From contig CAZOKP010000004.1 of the NCBI GenBank assembly GCA_964580435.1, positions 14,824 through 78,823 on the forward strand: a DNA stretch of 64,000 bases, in the 5' to 3' direction. Under the pieces are notes generated by a model. The model saw only the letters and a list, made by a program, of their open reading frames with translations, searched no databases and was not told the DNA's origin. Within the stretch, counting starts at the first letter, position 1; the number at the start of each line of letters is the position of its first letter. The translations under genes and the position numbers were made by a program. This stretch comes from an uncultured Eubacteriales bacterium (GTDB lineage Bacteria; Acidobacteriota; Aminicenantia; Aminicenantales; UBA8522). This document shows positions 47,921-57,678 of the stretch, one piece after another.

Positions 47921-49291
47921 CTATTTCTTTTCCTCCTTCTTTTCTTGGGGTATCTGCGCCTTCCAGTCTTTTGCGTCTTTGGGGAATTCGGCCAGAAATG
48001 AGGAGTCCACGAGAAAGAGGTATGCCAGGTTCGGGTTCTTCACAACGACCTGCTTTTTCTCTTTGACCTCAAGCCCGACGAGGAGTTGGGTCTGTTTCTC
48101 CTTTTCGTTTTCTTTTGTCCAAATCGTAACCTCGGCTTGAGGCTGGGCCAGACCGTATTCCTGAAGACTCTTCGGAGAATCTATGAATTCGGCGGCTTCC
48201 AAGCTTTCTATTTTGCGGAGAAATGTCTCGATCCTTGGTTTGTCTGCTTCTTCTTTTAGCGCCTCACCCAAGAACCATTTTTCATCCTTGCCCTTAATGG
48301 CCGTGAGAGCGAGAGGGCCGGCTCTGAGCTGGAGCTTTTGGGCCTCCCAGCTGTTGAAAGCCACGACCTGCTTGTCTCTCACATCCCCCTCCTTTTTCTC
48401 GATGCTGGCGAGGACTTGTCCGTCCACGGCGATGATTTTTGAAGAAAGAGAGGTTGTGGCATAGACATTGTCCCCGTCCTTATGGAGAAAGAAAATGATC
48501 TCCTGGTTCTTGGAGGCCAGAGTGAGCGAGATGAGATACTCAGGGTCCTTGAGCCCGCATTTTTTGATATCCTCATCGTGCTTCTGTTCCGAGACGAACT
48601 CTTTGGCCCTGAGCTCGGCCAGCGTCCGCAGGATATCCTCAATCTGGCTCTTCTTGGCCAGAGCGTTTAGGGGCTTTTGGAAGAACCAGTCCATTTCTTT
48701 CTTCTGAGCTTCCCAGATGATGTCCTGTGCTCGCAGTTTGATGGCGTTGACATCGGCCGGCTCGAACCTGAAGATGTCCTTCTGGCGAAAATCAAAAGTC
48801 TTCTTGTCGAGCAGGCTCTTGAAGGAGCTGGAGATGAGGACGATCCTGGGGTCATCTTCTTTTTTGGCAAAAAGGGCGTTATCAAGCGGATTCTCCATGC
48901 CGATGAGTATCTTCACAGGTTGTGGCTTGTTTTTATACCAAAGGGTCAGCTCTTTCTTAGGAATTTCGTACTTGGTCATGTCCCCGCCCTCTTTTTCGAC
49001 GACCCGTTCGATCCTGAGGCTTGAAAAATCCTCGGCCAGGCGGTTGACCTCGGTGGAATCCGCTTTTGCTTCCAAGGGTTCGGTGATGAGCCAATCCTCG
49101 CCGCTATCCTTTTTGAAAGCGATAGTTCCGTCCTCTTTTTTCAGGGTGATCTTTTCGACGTCCGCAGAGGAAAGGTCCACGAGCTTCTCTTCGCCCTCCT
49201 TTTTTTCCTGGGTTTTCGATTCGAAGAAGATAACAAAGGCCAGGAGTGCCGCAAACACAACCAGGAGGATAAGGGTGGTCTTGATTTTCAT
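47921..49291 (-). CDS. DUF4340 domain protein (accessory protein of GldG-type ABC systems)
   Basis: Probable start MKIKTTLILLVV (ATG 49291, ATGA overlap with the gldG-like stop). N-terminal TM anchor, then a long charged or beta-rich periplasmic region, as in DUF4340 proteins that follow GldG homologs. Confidence 0.5.
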   Translation of the reverse strand: MKIKTTLILLVVFAALLAFVIFFESKTQEKKEGEEKLVDLSSADVEKITLKKEDGTIAFKKDSGEDWLITEPLEAKADSTEVNRLAEDFSSLRIERVVEKEGGDMTKYEIPKKELTLWYKNKPQPVKILIGMENPLDNALFAKKEDDPRIVLISSSFKSLLDKKTFDFRQKDIFRFEPADVNAIKLRAQDIIWEAQKKEMDWFFQKPLNALAKKSQIEDILRTLAELRAKEFVSEQKHDEDIKKCGLKDPEYLISLTLASKNQEIIFFLHKDGDNVYATTSLSSKIIAVDGQVLASIEKKEGDVRDKQVVAFNSWEAQKLQLRAGPLALTAIKGKDEKWFLGEALKEEADKPRIETFLRKIESLEAAEFIDSPKSLQEYGLAQPQAEVTIWTKENEKEKQTQLLVGLEVKEKKQVVVKNPNLAYLFLVDSSFLAEFPKDAKDWKAQIPQEKKEEKK

Positions 49292-50856
49292 AGCGATCTT
49301 CTCCTGATCCAAACGGAAATGCCCAGGACAAGAATAACAAGAGGCAGGATGATGACGGACATGAAGAAAATCAGCCTCCCTTGCGAGGGTGTGAGCTGGA
49401 TCGTACGAGGCGTGGTGGTCTTGGGCTGGATGGAGATCAGGTCCGCCTCCTGGGTCAGCCAGTTGACCGTGTTGAGGAAGAGGTTTCCATTTCCGGAAAA
49501 GTTATAGTACCTGTTGGAGGCAAAATCTGAATCCCCGAAAACAGCCAGCCTTGCCTCCGGCTTCTTTTCTTCTCTCTCTTTTTTTTCTTCGGGCTTTTCC
49601 ACCGCTTCTTTCTTCTCTTCCATCGACTTGACCGTAACAACCGCGGCGAGCGGAATCGGACCTTGTATATCTTTATCTTTGTCGAATGCCGCCGTCTTTT
49701 GGTCGAGCTGCCTCTCCGACCAGGAGTTCGGGCTCGTTTTGCCAATGATGTTGACATTCACTCCCTCAGGTTTTGGCTCCGCGACATTCACCGAGCGGGC
49801 ATAGGGAAAGAACGTGGCGTAGCGAAAGTTGGCGGTGATTTCCTGAGGTTCATACTCTGTGATGACGGGCATGAAATAGTCGCCCCCAAAAAGCCGGGAC
49901 ACCGTGTCCACGACCACGTCGTTTTCGAGCTTCACTCCATAGCCCAGGAGGAAGGGGGTAAGCCCGGGTGCCGTCTCCGGGTCGACCATGAAGAACACCC
50001 TGCCCCCCCGGCCGATATAGCTCTTTATGGTTTCCAGTTCGTTTGGCAGAAGGTCTTTCTTGGGTCCGGGAATGATGAGGAGCGCGCAGTCTTGAGGAAA
50101 CGTCTCCGATAACGCCAGGGTGAGTTTCTTAACCTCATAGCCGAGCTTTTGGAGCTCGTCCTTGGCCGCAGAAAAGCCGCTGTCCTCGGTGACTTCGATG
50201 CTGCCTTCACCGTGGCCTTCAAGAAAATAGATCATCTTTTTCTTCTCTCTCGAGATCTTGATGAGCGCGTTGGTGATATCTTCTTCGGTCGTCGTGGTGA
50301 TTCTGTTTTCTTTATCGCTGCTTTCGAAAATCGTGGTTCCGTCCTGGGTCACGCCGTACCGTTTGACGATTCCAGGATTCTTGTCCGGGTCGATGAACTC
50401 AGGCTTGATCTTGTTGGAATGATAGGCATAGATCTTGAGCAGGGCCTCCATTCTGGCCCGGCCCGCGTTGCCTTCCCGGAAAAAGGCTTTGATCAAGACG
50501 TCTTGTTTCAGGTTCTTCAAAACCTTGATGGACTGGTCGGCAAGGCTGTGGATCTTGGCTTCAGTAAAATCAGTCCGGTAGTGGTGCCGGGCGAGAAAGT
50601 AATTCGCCAGGACAAGAATCGCGAGAACGAGGACAACGACCAGCAGCAGGTTGCTGGAATAGAGAAACGATCTGCGGCTGAAGCCGCGTTTCAACGAGGA
50701 CAGGTTGAGGATTGTATAGACTATGAGCGAAACGAATCCAAGCATGAGGATGGCCAGGTCCGTTGTTTTTCGCTGGGGCCATATGATCAGGGAAATCAAA
50801 CCCGCAAGAACCAAGGTCAGGCCGATGTAATTCAGGTATTTCTTCATGGTTTCCAT
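49288..50856 (-). CDS. GldG-like ABC-transporter auxiliary component
   Basis: 522 aa with N- and C-terminal TM segments flanking a large periplasmic domain. Positioned after an ABC-2 permease and ATPase, the classic gldA-gldF-gldG order. Confidence 0.6.
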   Translation of the reverse strand: METMKKYLNYIGLTLVLAGLISLIIWPQRKTTDLAILMLGFVSLIVYTILNLSSLKRGFSRRSFLYSSNLLLVVVLVLAILVLANYFLARHHYRTDFTEAKIHSLADQSIKVLKNLKQDVLIKAFFREGNAGRARMEALLKIYAYHSNKIKPEFIDPDKNPGIVKRYGVTQDGTTIFESSDKENRITTTTEEDITNALIKISREKKKMIYFLEGHGEGSIEVTEDSGFSAAKDELQKLGYEVKKLTLALSETFPQDCALLIIPGPKKDLLPNELETIKSYIGRGGRVFFMVDPETAPGLTPFLLGYGVKLENDVVVDTVSRLFGGDYFMPVITEYEPQEITANFRYATFFPYARSVNVAEPKPEGVNVNIIGKTSPNSWSERQLDQKTAAFDKDKDIQGPIPLAAVVTVKSMEEKKEAVEKPEEKKEREEKKPEARLAVFGDSDFASNRYYNFSGNGNLFLNTVNWLTQEADLISIQPKTTTPRTIQLTPSQGRLIFFMSVIILPLVILVLGISVWIRRRSL

Positions 50857-50859
50857 GGC

Positions 50860-51627
50860 CTACCTCCAACGTCTCGACTGGATCACAGAATGAGTCAGGA
50901 AGAGGGCGAAAAAGGAGAAACTGAGATAATAAACGACATCCGTGGTGTCGAGGATGCCACTTGTCATGCCGTCAAAATGCTGGAATATAGAAAGATAGTT
51001 GAGCACGTCTCTCCATATCCCTGTCGCCGAGTAGGACGCCCAGTTTAGAATCCAGAAAAGGAGGAGAGCGCCGAAGGTCAAGATCGCCGACACGATTTGG
51101 TTCTTTGTGAGAGAAGAGAAAAAGACGCCGGCAGCGATAAAAGCCGCGCCCATCAGGAAGAGGCCCAGATAGCCGTTAAGGATCTGGACAAACTCAGGAT
51201 TTCCCCAGAGAAACGTGAAAATGGAAAGAAGACCGGTCAGCGCCAGCATGGCGGCCAGAACCACCAGGGCGGCCACATATTTTCCCAGGAGGACCTGAAG
51301 AACATGGACCGGAGAAGTGAAAAGGAGCTCTTCCGTTCCAGTCTTCTTCTCTTCTGAAAAGAGGCGCATGGTCAGTAGGGGCAACATCAAAAGGAGGATG
51401 ATACTCATATTGTGGAAAAGCGGGGAATAGACCATCTGGTTGATATCGATCTGCTGATAATAATAAGGATTCTGGGCCATCTGCATGGACTGGGAATTGA
51501 ACCACCAGATGGCGCTGTAGAAAAAGAAACCGACCAGGACAAGGAAAACACATATAACCACATAAGCGATGGGCGAGGTAAAGTACGTTTTGACCTCTTT
51601 TCTGGCGATAATCCCTATGTTTCTCAT
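50860..51627 (-). CDS. ABC-2 family transporter permease (GldF-like)
   Basis: Probable start MRNIGIIARKEVKTYFTSPIAYVVI (ATG 51627, ATGA overlap with the ATPase stop). 6 TM helices. Confidence 0.6.
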   Translation of the reverse strand: MRNIGIIARKEVKTYFTSPIAYVVICVFLVLVGFFFYSAIWWFNSQSMQMAQNPYYYQQIDINQMVYSPLFHNMSIILLLMLPLLTMRLFSEEKKTGTEELLFTSPVHVLQVLLGKYVAALVVLAAMLALTGLLSIFTFLWGNPEFVQILNGYLGLFLMGAAFIAAGVFFSSLTKNQIVSAILTFGALLLFWILNWASYSATGIWRDVLNYLSIFQHFDGMTSGILDTTDVVYYLSFSFFALFLTHSVIQSRRWR

Positions 51628-52550
51628 TGTTCCGTACCTCCCGAGACGATACGCAGGTAAAGGTCCTCGATGTCCATGGCCACAGGCTTCATCTCCAGGA
51701 GACCCCAGCCTTTCTCCACCGCCAGCTTTGAGACAGCTTCGCGGAGGTCTTTTCCGGGGACCCACTCGATAGTAAATTCGCCATCCTGCCGGGATACCCG
51801 GTCAACTCCAGGGATCGCTTGCAAAAAAGAAACGGCTTCCTCGTGGCCCTTTTTAAGCTTAAGGACGACGCCTTCTTTCTCTCCGAAAGAAGTTGTCAAT
51901 TCCTCCAACGAGCCTGAAGCCATGAGCCTGCCTTCATTGATGATAACCACTCCATCGCATGTTTGTGTGACTTCGGCCAGGATGTGAGTCGAGAGCATAA
52001 TGGTATGCTCGCCTTTGAGGGATTTGATGAGCTCTCTGATCTCCTTGATCTGAGCCGGGTCGAGACCGATGGTCGGCTCGTCAAGGATCAGGATCTGCGG
52101 GTCATGGATGAGGGCCTGGGCGATTCCGACACGCTGCTTATACCCCCGGGATATGTTTTCGATGAGCCTGTTTTTGACCGCTTCGAGGCCGCTGACTTCA
52201 AGCGCCTTGCCCAGGGCCTGTTTCCGCTTTGAGGATGGGACCTGCTTAATCGCCGCCACAAAAGTCAGGTAGTCGGAGACGGTCATTTCGGTATAAAGGG
52301 GGACTACTTCAGGAAGATAGCCAGTGATCTTTTTGACCTCGTTGGGCTGCTCAAAGACGTCAAACCCGGCGACGCAAGCTTTGCCCTTGGTCGCAGGCAA
52401 AAACCCGGTCAGGATCCTCATGGTGGTTGTTTTGCCGGCGGCATTGGGGCCGAGCAGTCCCCAAATGTCGCCTTTTTCCACCTTGAAACTCAGGTCGCTG
52501 ACGGCCATAAGGTCGCCATATTTTTTGGTCAGGTGTTCAACTTCGATCAT
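51624..52550 (-). CDS. ABC transporter ATP-binding protein (GldA-like)
   Basis: Probable start MIEVEHLTKKYGD (ATG 52550 after AAAGGAG). Walker A GPNAAGKTT, Q-loop, signature LSTGYKQRVGIAQAL-type, Walker B ILILDEPT, H-loop. Confidence 0.85.
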   Translation of the reverse strand: MIEVEHLTKKYGDLMAVSDLSFKVEKGDIWGLLGPNAAGKTTTMRILTGFLPATKGKACVAGFDVFEQPNEVKKITGYLPEVVPLYTEMTVSDYLTFVAAIKQVPSSKRKQALGKALEVSGLEAVKNRLIENISRGYKQRVGIAQALIHDPQILILDEPTIGLDPAQIKEIRELIKSLKGEHTIMLSTHILAEVTQTCDGVVIINEGRLMASGSLEELTTSFGEKEGVVLKLKKGHEEAVSFLQAIPGVDRVSRQDGEFTIEWVPGKDLREAVSKLAVEKGWGLLEMKPVAMDIEDLYLRIVSGGTEQ

Positions 52551-52594
52551 GCTTTGACTCCTTTCTTTTAAGAAACTGGCTCGGTTCCCTCTTC

Positions 52595-54532
52595 TTACAT
52601 TTTTTCGGGCCGGGGAATGCCCATAAGAAAGAGGGCCTTTTTGAGAACTTCCTTGATGTAAAAAATGGCCAGTATGCGCACTTTTTTTAGGTCCTTGTTT
52701 TCTTCGCTCAGGATGGGATAGAGATGATAATAAGCGTTGGTCTTTTGGCACAGATTGAAGGCGAACTTGGCCAGATGGGAAAACTCGAGGGAGAGGATGG
52801 AATTGGGGACCTGCTCCTCGAACTGAGATGCGTAGAAAACCAGGTCCCAAAAATCCCGGGCCTCATCTTTCGCCAGAAGATCAAGCGGGAGCTTATCCCG
52901 CTTAAGGAGATTTTCCATCTCTTTCTCGCCGAAATCCTCTCTCTCCGCGAGCTTTCTAAAGATGCTGTTCAGCCGGACAAAGGTGTACTGGAGATAAGGG
53001 CCGGTTTCTCCCTCGAAGCTCAGCGCCTCCTCGAAGTCAAAAATGATCAAAGAATTCCTGGCGAATTTGAGCATGAAATAACGCAGGGCTCCTGTAGCGA
53101 TCTGCCGGGCGACAGAAACCTGGAGGTCGGGGCCGAGCTCAGGGTTTCTTTTCTCGACTTCCGCCAGGGCCTTTTCCTCCAACCTGTCGAGAAGGTCGTC
53201 CGCCTTGACCCCGAGGCCTTTCCTTCCCGAAACTTCAAGGAAGCTGCGTTCCTTATCTTCCTCGCGGATGTCATAGGCCAGCTCTTTGAGGCTTTTCGGC
53301 GAAAGGGCGACCATCTCGTAGGAGAAATGGATGGATTTTTCGGCTTGAGTGATGTAATTCAGAGATCTCAAACCTTGGACGACGATCTTTTGAAGATAGG
53401 ATTGCCGAGTATCAATGACGTTGTAGACTTTGGTGGCCCGGCCGAAAGACGCACTGTTCCGGTTGGGCAAAGACGTGGTGATCCAGATGGTCCTGTCGCC
53501 TTCTTGCACAAAAGGCTCATAATAGAAATCTTTATCCAGAAGGCCGAATTTCCAGAGCTGGTAGGCAATATCCTTGCCGACATAGGTCACAGTCCCATCC
53601 GAGCGGACAATGACTTTCTCCCTCTCTGCCTCATCTTTGAGCCTCATGACCCAGCAGCCGGCATTCGCTCCTTCGTCCGAAAGAAAGATGGCCTTTTTGT
53701 CTCGCAGGAGTGAAAAAGCCTTTTCCCAGAATCTGAGCCCTAAGATGCTGCTTTCGCAAGGAAGTACATCATAGGTGACATCGATGCGCTTCATGGTCTC
53801 GAGGTGCGCTTGCAGAATGCGGCGAGAAACGGCGTGACCCAGGGCTGCCTCCGGGTTTTCCCCCAGTTCGATTTTTTTAAGGATTTCCCCCCGCCTGGGC
53901 TGAGCGTCAGGGTTGGCTTCGAGATAGCTGGAGGTGCGTGCATAAAGGTCCCAGCAATAGTAATCGAATTTATCTTTGATTGTGTCAAAGTCGGCAAGGG
54001 TCTTTTTCTCCAGGTCCATTAATCCAAAGACGACATCTACTACCTGCACTCCGGTATCGTCGATATAGTTCTGGACTTCGACATTCTCGCCTTTGTACCT
54101 GAGGCAGCGGGCCAGGGTGTCGCCCAGGCAAGCATTGCGCAAATGTCCGATGTGCGCGGCTTTGTTCGGGTTGATATTGGTGTGCTCGATGGTGATTTTT
54201 TTCTCTTCAGGAAAGAGGGACGACGACGTCAGAGCCGCAAGTTCGGCCTGGAAAAACGATGTCCGGTCGAGAAAAAGATTGATATACCCCGGTCCGGCCA
54301 CTTCGGCCTTGGCCACTCCGCTGAGCCCCGAAAAAGAGGGGAGAAGGTCTTGGGCCAGCAGGCGCGGGTTCGTTTTCAAGCGCTTGCCCAGCTTGAACGG
54401 AAAGGTCAGGCTGAGATCCCCGAAGTCCTGCTGCGGAGTGGAGGTTATCTCGATCTCCGACTCGGCAAGCGGGTGTTTGTCCCGAATCCTAGCTAGAATT
54501 TCCTGCTTGAGCTTAGCCTTGAGCTTGATCAT
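52595..54532 (-). CDS. argS: arginine--tRNA ligase
   Basis: Class I HIGH motif (ANPNKAAHIGHLRNACLGD), N-terminal Arg-tRNA-binding add-on domain, C-terminal DALR anticodon-binding region (QYTFVRLNSIFRK). Confidence 0.85.
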   Translation of the reverse strand: MIKLKAKLKQEILARIRDKHPLAESEIEITSTPQQDFGDLSLTFPFKLGKRLKTNPRLLAQDLLPSFSGLSGVAKAEVAGPGYINLFLDRTSFFQAELAALTSSSLFPEEKKITIEHTNINPNKAAHIGHLRNACLGDTLARCLRYKGENVEVQNYIDDTGVQVVDVVFGLMDLEKKTLADFDTIKDKFDYYCWDLYARTSSYLEANPDAQPRRGEILKKIELGENPEAALGHAVSRRILQAHLETMKRIDVTYDVLPCESSILGLRFWEKAFSLLRDKKAIFLSDEGANAGCWVMRLKDEAEREKVIVRSDGTVTYVGKDIAYQLWKFGLLDKDFYYEPFVQEGDRTIWITTSLPNRNSASFGRATKVYNVIDTRQSYLQKIVVQGLRSLNYITQAEKSIHFSYEMVALSPKSLKELAYDIREEDKERSFLEVSGRKGLGVKADDLLDRLEEKALAEVEKRNPELGPDLQVSVARQIATGALRYFMLKFARNSLIIFDFEEALSFEGETGPYLQYTFVRLNSIFRKLAEREDFGEKEMENLLKRDKLPLDLLAKDEARDFWDLVFYASQFEEQVPNSILSLEFSHLAKFAFNLCQKTNAYYHLYPILSEENKDLKKVRILAIFYIKEVLKKALFLMGIPRPEKM

Positions 54533-54643
54533 ATTAATTTAACTATTATAGCAAAATTCCCTGCGCTTGTCTGATCCCACTTTTTCCTTGCCAGGCGGAT
54601 GCTTCTATGGTAGTAAATAACTTTCCCATAGAGGTGGAACACT

Positions 54644-55741
54644 ATGAAAAAAACCCGATTTTATGAGTGCCATAAAAGCCTTGGGGCGCGCATGATTGAG
54701 TTCTTTGGCTGGGAGATGCCCGTCGAATACAAAGGGATCATCGAGGAGCACATGGCCGTCCGTGAACACGCCGGGCTGTTCGATGTCAGTCATATGGGCG
54801 AAATAATCATCAAGGGAAAGGACGCTCTCGCTTTTGTTCAGCATCTCACTCCCAATGACGCCGGCCGGCTGGCCGTTAACCAGGTCCAATACACGGCCCT
54901 AACGACGCCGGAGGGGACCTTCGTTGATGATATGCTGGTCTACTGTCTCGGTCCTGAAGAATACCTTCTGGTTGTCAATGCAGCCAACACAGACAAAGAT
55001 TACGCCTGGGTCGTGGCTCATAAACCGGCCTTTGATGTCGTAACCGAAAACGCCAGCGATCGGTATTCCCAGCTGGCTCTCCAGGGTCCCGAGGCTGCAA
55101 CAATACTTCAGCCGCTGACGGACGTCAATTTGGCGGAGATGAAGTCATTCTGGGCCGCGAAAGGAAAGGTCGCGGGAGTTGAAGCCCTTGTTTCGCGCAC
55201 GGGCTACACCGGAGAAGACGGGTTCGAGATTTACACTGTTTCTCCCGAGCCGGCGGTCGTCTGGGATAAGATTTTGGAGCAGGGGAAGGGACATGGGATC
55301 CATCCCATCGGGTTAGGTGCCAGGGACACTCTGCGGCTCGAAGCCAAGCTGATGCTTTACGGGAACGATATCGATGAAACGACCACAGTCCTGGAAGCTG
55401 ACCTCAAGTGGATCGTCAAGTTCAAAAAAGGCGATTTTCTCGGCCGCGATGTCCTGTCCAAGCAGCTCGAGGACGGGGTGAGGACAAAGATCGTCGGGTT
55501 CGAACTTCTGGAGCGAGGCATCGCGCGGCCTCACTATCCCGTGTTCCTCAAAGGCCAGAACGTGAGTCATGTGACTTCAGGCACCTTTTCGCCATACTTG
55601 AAAAAGAGCATCGGACTGTCCTATCTGCTTGTCGAAGACACGGGGATCGGTGCTGAAATCGAGATCGGCATAAGAGATAAACGGGTGAAAGCCAGAGTCG
55701 TCCCGACACCATTTTATAAGCGAGGTGAAAAGTCCGCATGA
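54644..55741 (+). CDS. gcvT: glycine cleavage system aminomethyltransferase T protein
   Basis: 365 aa with the typical N-terminus KKTRFYECHKSLGARMIEFFGWEMPVEYKGIIEEHMAVREHAGLFDVSHMGE. Confidence 0.9.
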   Translation: MKKTRFYECHKSLGARMIEFFGWEMPVEYKGIIEEHMAVREHAGLFDVSHMGEIIIKGKDALAFVQHLTPNDAGRLAVNQVQYTALTTPEGTFVDDMLVYCLGPEEYLLVVNAANTDKDYAWVVAHKPAFDVVTENASDRYSQLALQGPEAATILQPLTDVNLAEMKSFWAAKGKVAGVEALVSRTGYTGEDGFEIYTVSPEPAVVWDKILEQGKGHGIHPIGLGARDTLRLEAKLMLYGNDIDETTTVLEADLKWIVKFKKGDFLGRDVLSKQLEDGVRTKIVGFELLERGIARPHYPVFLKGQNVSHVTSGTFSPYLKKSIGLSYLLVEDTGIGAEIEIGIRDKRVKARVVPTPFYKRGEKSA

Positions 55742-55920
55742 GGTATATATTTTGAATACGAGAATGGACGCCTAACCGACAGGTCGCTTCTCCATGGCTT
55801 GTTGCTATCATAATTGCTCGATTTGTTGTAAAATTATGGACCTAGTTCCTCTCGCGGGAAACATCATTTCTGGGAGGCGGATCACGCTTCTGGCGTTCAA
55901 TTTTGTCTGAGGAGGAAGAA

Positions 55921-56307
55921 ATGTATCCAAAAGATTTCTATTACAGCAAAGACCATGAATGGGTGAAAATCGAAGGCGATAACGCGACCGTCGGAATCAC
56001 CGATTTCGCTCAGAAGCATTTGGGCGATGTCGTTTACATCGAGCTTCCAGCGATCGGAACCAGGCTGGATGTCCACCAGACCATCGGCGTTGTCGAATCT
56101 GTCAAGGCCGTGTCCGATGTTTACTCGCCAATATCGGGTGAGGTCATCGCCGTCAATGACGGGCTGAATGATTCGCCGGAAATGATGAACCAGGACCCGC
56201 ACGGCAAGGGCTGGATCATCCGGATGAAGGTCAAGGACAAAACGGACCAAGAAAAACTCATGAACTCGGTTGATTACGAAAAATATCTTGAAGGAATCGA
56301 ATCCTGA
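55921..56307 (+). CDS. gcvH: glycine cleavage system H protein (lipoyl carrier)
   Basis: Start MYPKDFYYSKDHEWVK (ATG 55921 after GAGGAGG). Lipoyl-lysine context ESVKAVSDVYSPISGEV. Confidence 0.9.
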   Translation: MYPKDFYYSKDHEWVKIEGDNATVGITDFAQKHLGDVVYIELPAIGTRLDVHQTIGVVESVKAVSDVYSPISGEVIAVNDGLNDSPEMMNQDPHGKGWIIRMKVKDKTDQEKLMNSVDYEKYLEGIES

Positions 56308-56331
56308 GGAGCGGGCAGCAGAAGGCTGAAC

Positions 56332-57678
56332 ATGAGCTATATTTCTTTGAGCAATGAAGATAGGAAGAAGATGCTGGCGGCCATCGGCGTCTCTTCGCTG
56401 GAAGAGCTCTTTTGCTGTATTCCGGATGAGATCAGGCTGAAAAAGAACCTCGACCTACCCGCCCCGCTGGCTGAGCCTGAACTGATCCATTATTTTGAGG
56501 AGCTCGGACGAAAGAACCGCGAATCTGGCTATCTTTCTTTTTTAGGCGCCGGGGCTTATCGGCACTTTATTCCTTACGTGGTGGATTACCTGAGCTCGCG
56601 GGGCGAGTTCATCAGCCCTTATACTCCCTACCAGCCCGAAGTCAGCCAGGGCACTCTCCAGGTCATTTTCGAGTATCAAACCTTGATTTGTCAGCTCACG
56701 GCGATGGAGATCGCCAATGCTTCTCTTTACGACGGGGCATCAGCCGCGGCAGAAGCCGTCCTAATGGCCCATCGGCTCAGAGGAAACCCAAAAATACTGG
56801 TCGCCAGGACCCTCCATCCTCAGTACAAGAGCGTCCTCCAGACGTATGTGAAAAATCTGGACATTGATATTAAAGAAGTCAATTGCACGGAGCGGGGAGA
56901 GGTTGACCTCGATGATCTGAGCCGGAAGATAGACGCGGAAACGAGCGCTGTCGTCTGCCAGTCCCCAAATTTCATCGGGGTCGTTGAGAACCTTGACCGA
57001 ATAGGCAAATTGACTCACAAACAGCAAGCGCTCTTCATCGTGACCATTGCAGAAGCAGCCTCCCTGGGCGTTTTAAAGCCGCCCGGCGCCGTCGGAGCAG
57101 ATATCGTGGCAGGAGAAGGCCAGTCCTTCGGATTGCCGTTGAGTTTTGGGGGGCCTTATCTCGGATTCATGGCCTGCAAAAAGGATTTTATCCGCCAGTT
57201 TCCGGGGCGCATCTCCGGCGAGGCAAAAGATGTGGACGGTCGAAGGGGGTTCGTCCTCACTCTCTCGACAAGAGAACAACACATCCGGCGGGAAAAGGCC
57301 ACCTCGAATATCTGCACCAACCAGGCCTGGTGCGCCCTTCGGGCGACGGTTTTCCTGGAGACACTGGGCCGGGAAGGAATGCGCGAGCTGGCTTATCAGA
57401 ATATCCAGAAAACTCACTATGCCCTAGAAAAGCTCTCCAGAATCAAAGGCGTCAAGCGGAAGTTCGGCGGAGCGGTCTTCAATGAATTTGTTCTTGAATT
57501 CGCGGCCGGCTGGTCAACGGTGGAAGACTATCTGCGTCGGAACGGAGTCCTTGGAGGCCTGAACCTCGAGCCGTTTTTCCCTGAGCTCAAGGATTGCGCT
57601 CTCTTTTGCGTAACAGAGGTGCATAAAAAAGACGACATCGACACATTGGTCCGCCTTGTGGGCGAGGTGCTCGGATGA
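56332..57678 (+). CDS. gcvPA: glycine dehydrogenase (decarboxylating) subunit 1
   Basis: 448 aa with the N-terminal half of P-protein. Start/stop overlap with gcvPB. Confidence 0.9.
   Translation: MSYISLSNEDRKKMLAAIGVSSLEELFCCIPDEIRLKKNLDLPAPLAEPELIHYFEELGRKNRESGYLSFLGAGAYRHFIPYVVDYLSSRGEFISPYTPYQPEVSQGTLQVIFEYQTLICQLTAMEIANASLYDGASAAAEAVLMAHRLRGNPKILVARTLHPQYKSVLQTYVKNLDIDIKEVNCTERGEVDLDDLSRKIDAETSAVVCQSPNFIGVVENLDRIGKLTHKQQALFIVTIAEAASLGVLKPPGAVGADIVAGEGQSFGLPLSFGGPYLGFMACKKDFIRQFPGRISGEAKDVDGRRGFVLTLSTREQHIRREKATSNICTNQAWCALRATVFLETLGREGMRELAYQNIQKTHYALEKLSRIKGVKRKFGGAVFNEFVLEFAAGWSTVEDYLRRNGVLGGLNLEPFFPELKDCALFCVTEVHKKDDIDTLVRLVGEVLG

Noticed and set aside
54533-54643. Expected glycine riboswitch upstream of gcvT
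   Set aside because: Searched by eye for the conserved GGAGAG, ACCGAAGGGGCAA and CUCUCAGG aptamer elements here and in the gcvT-gcvH spacer. None found.
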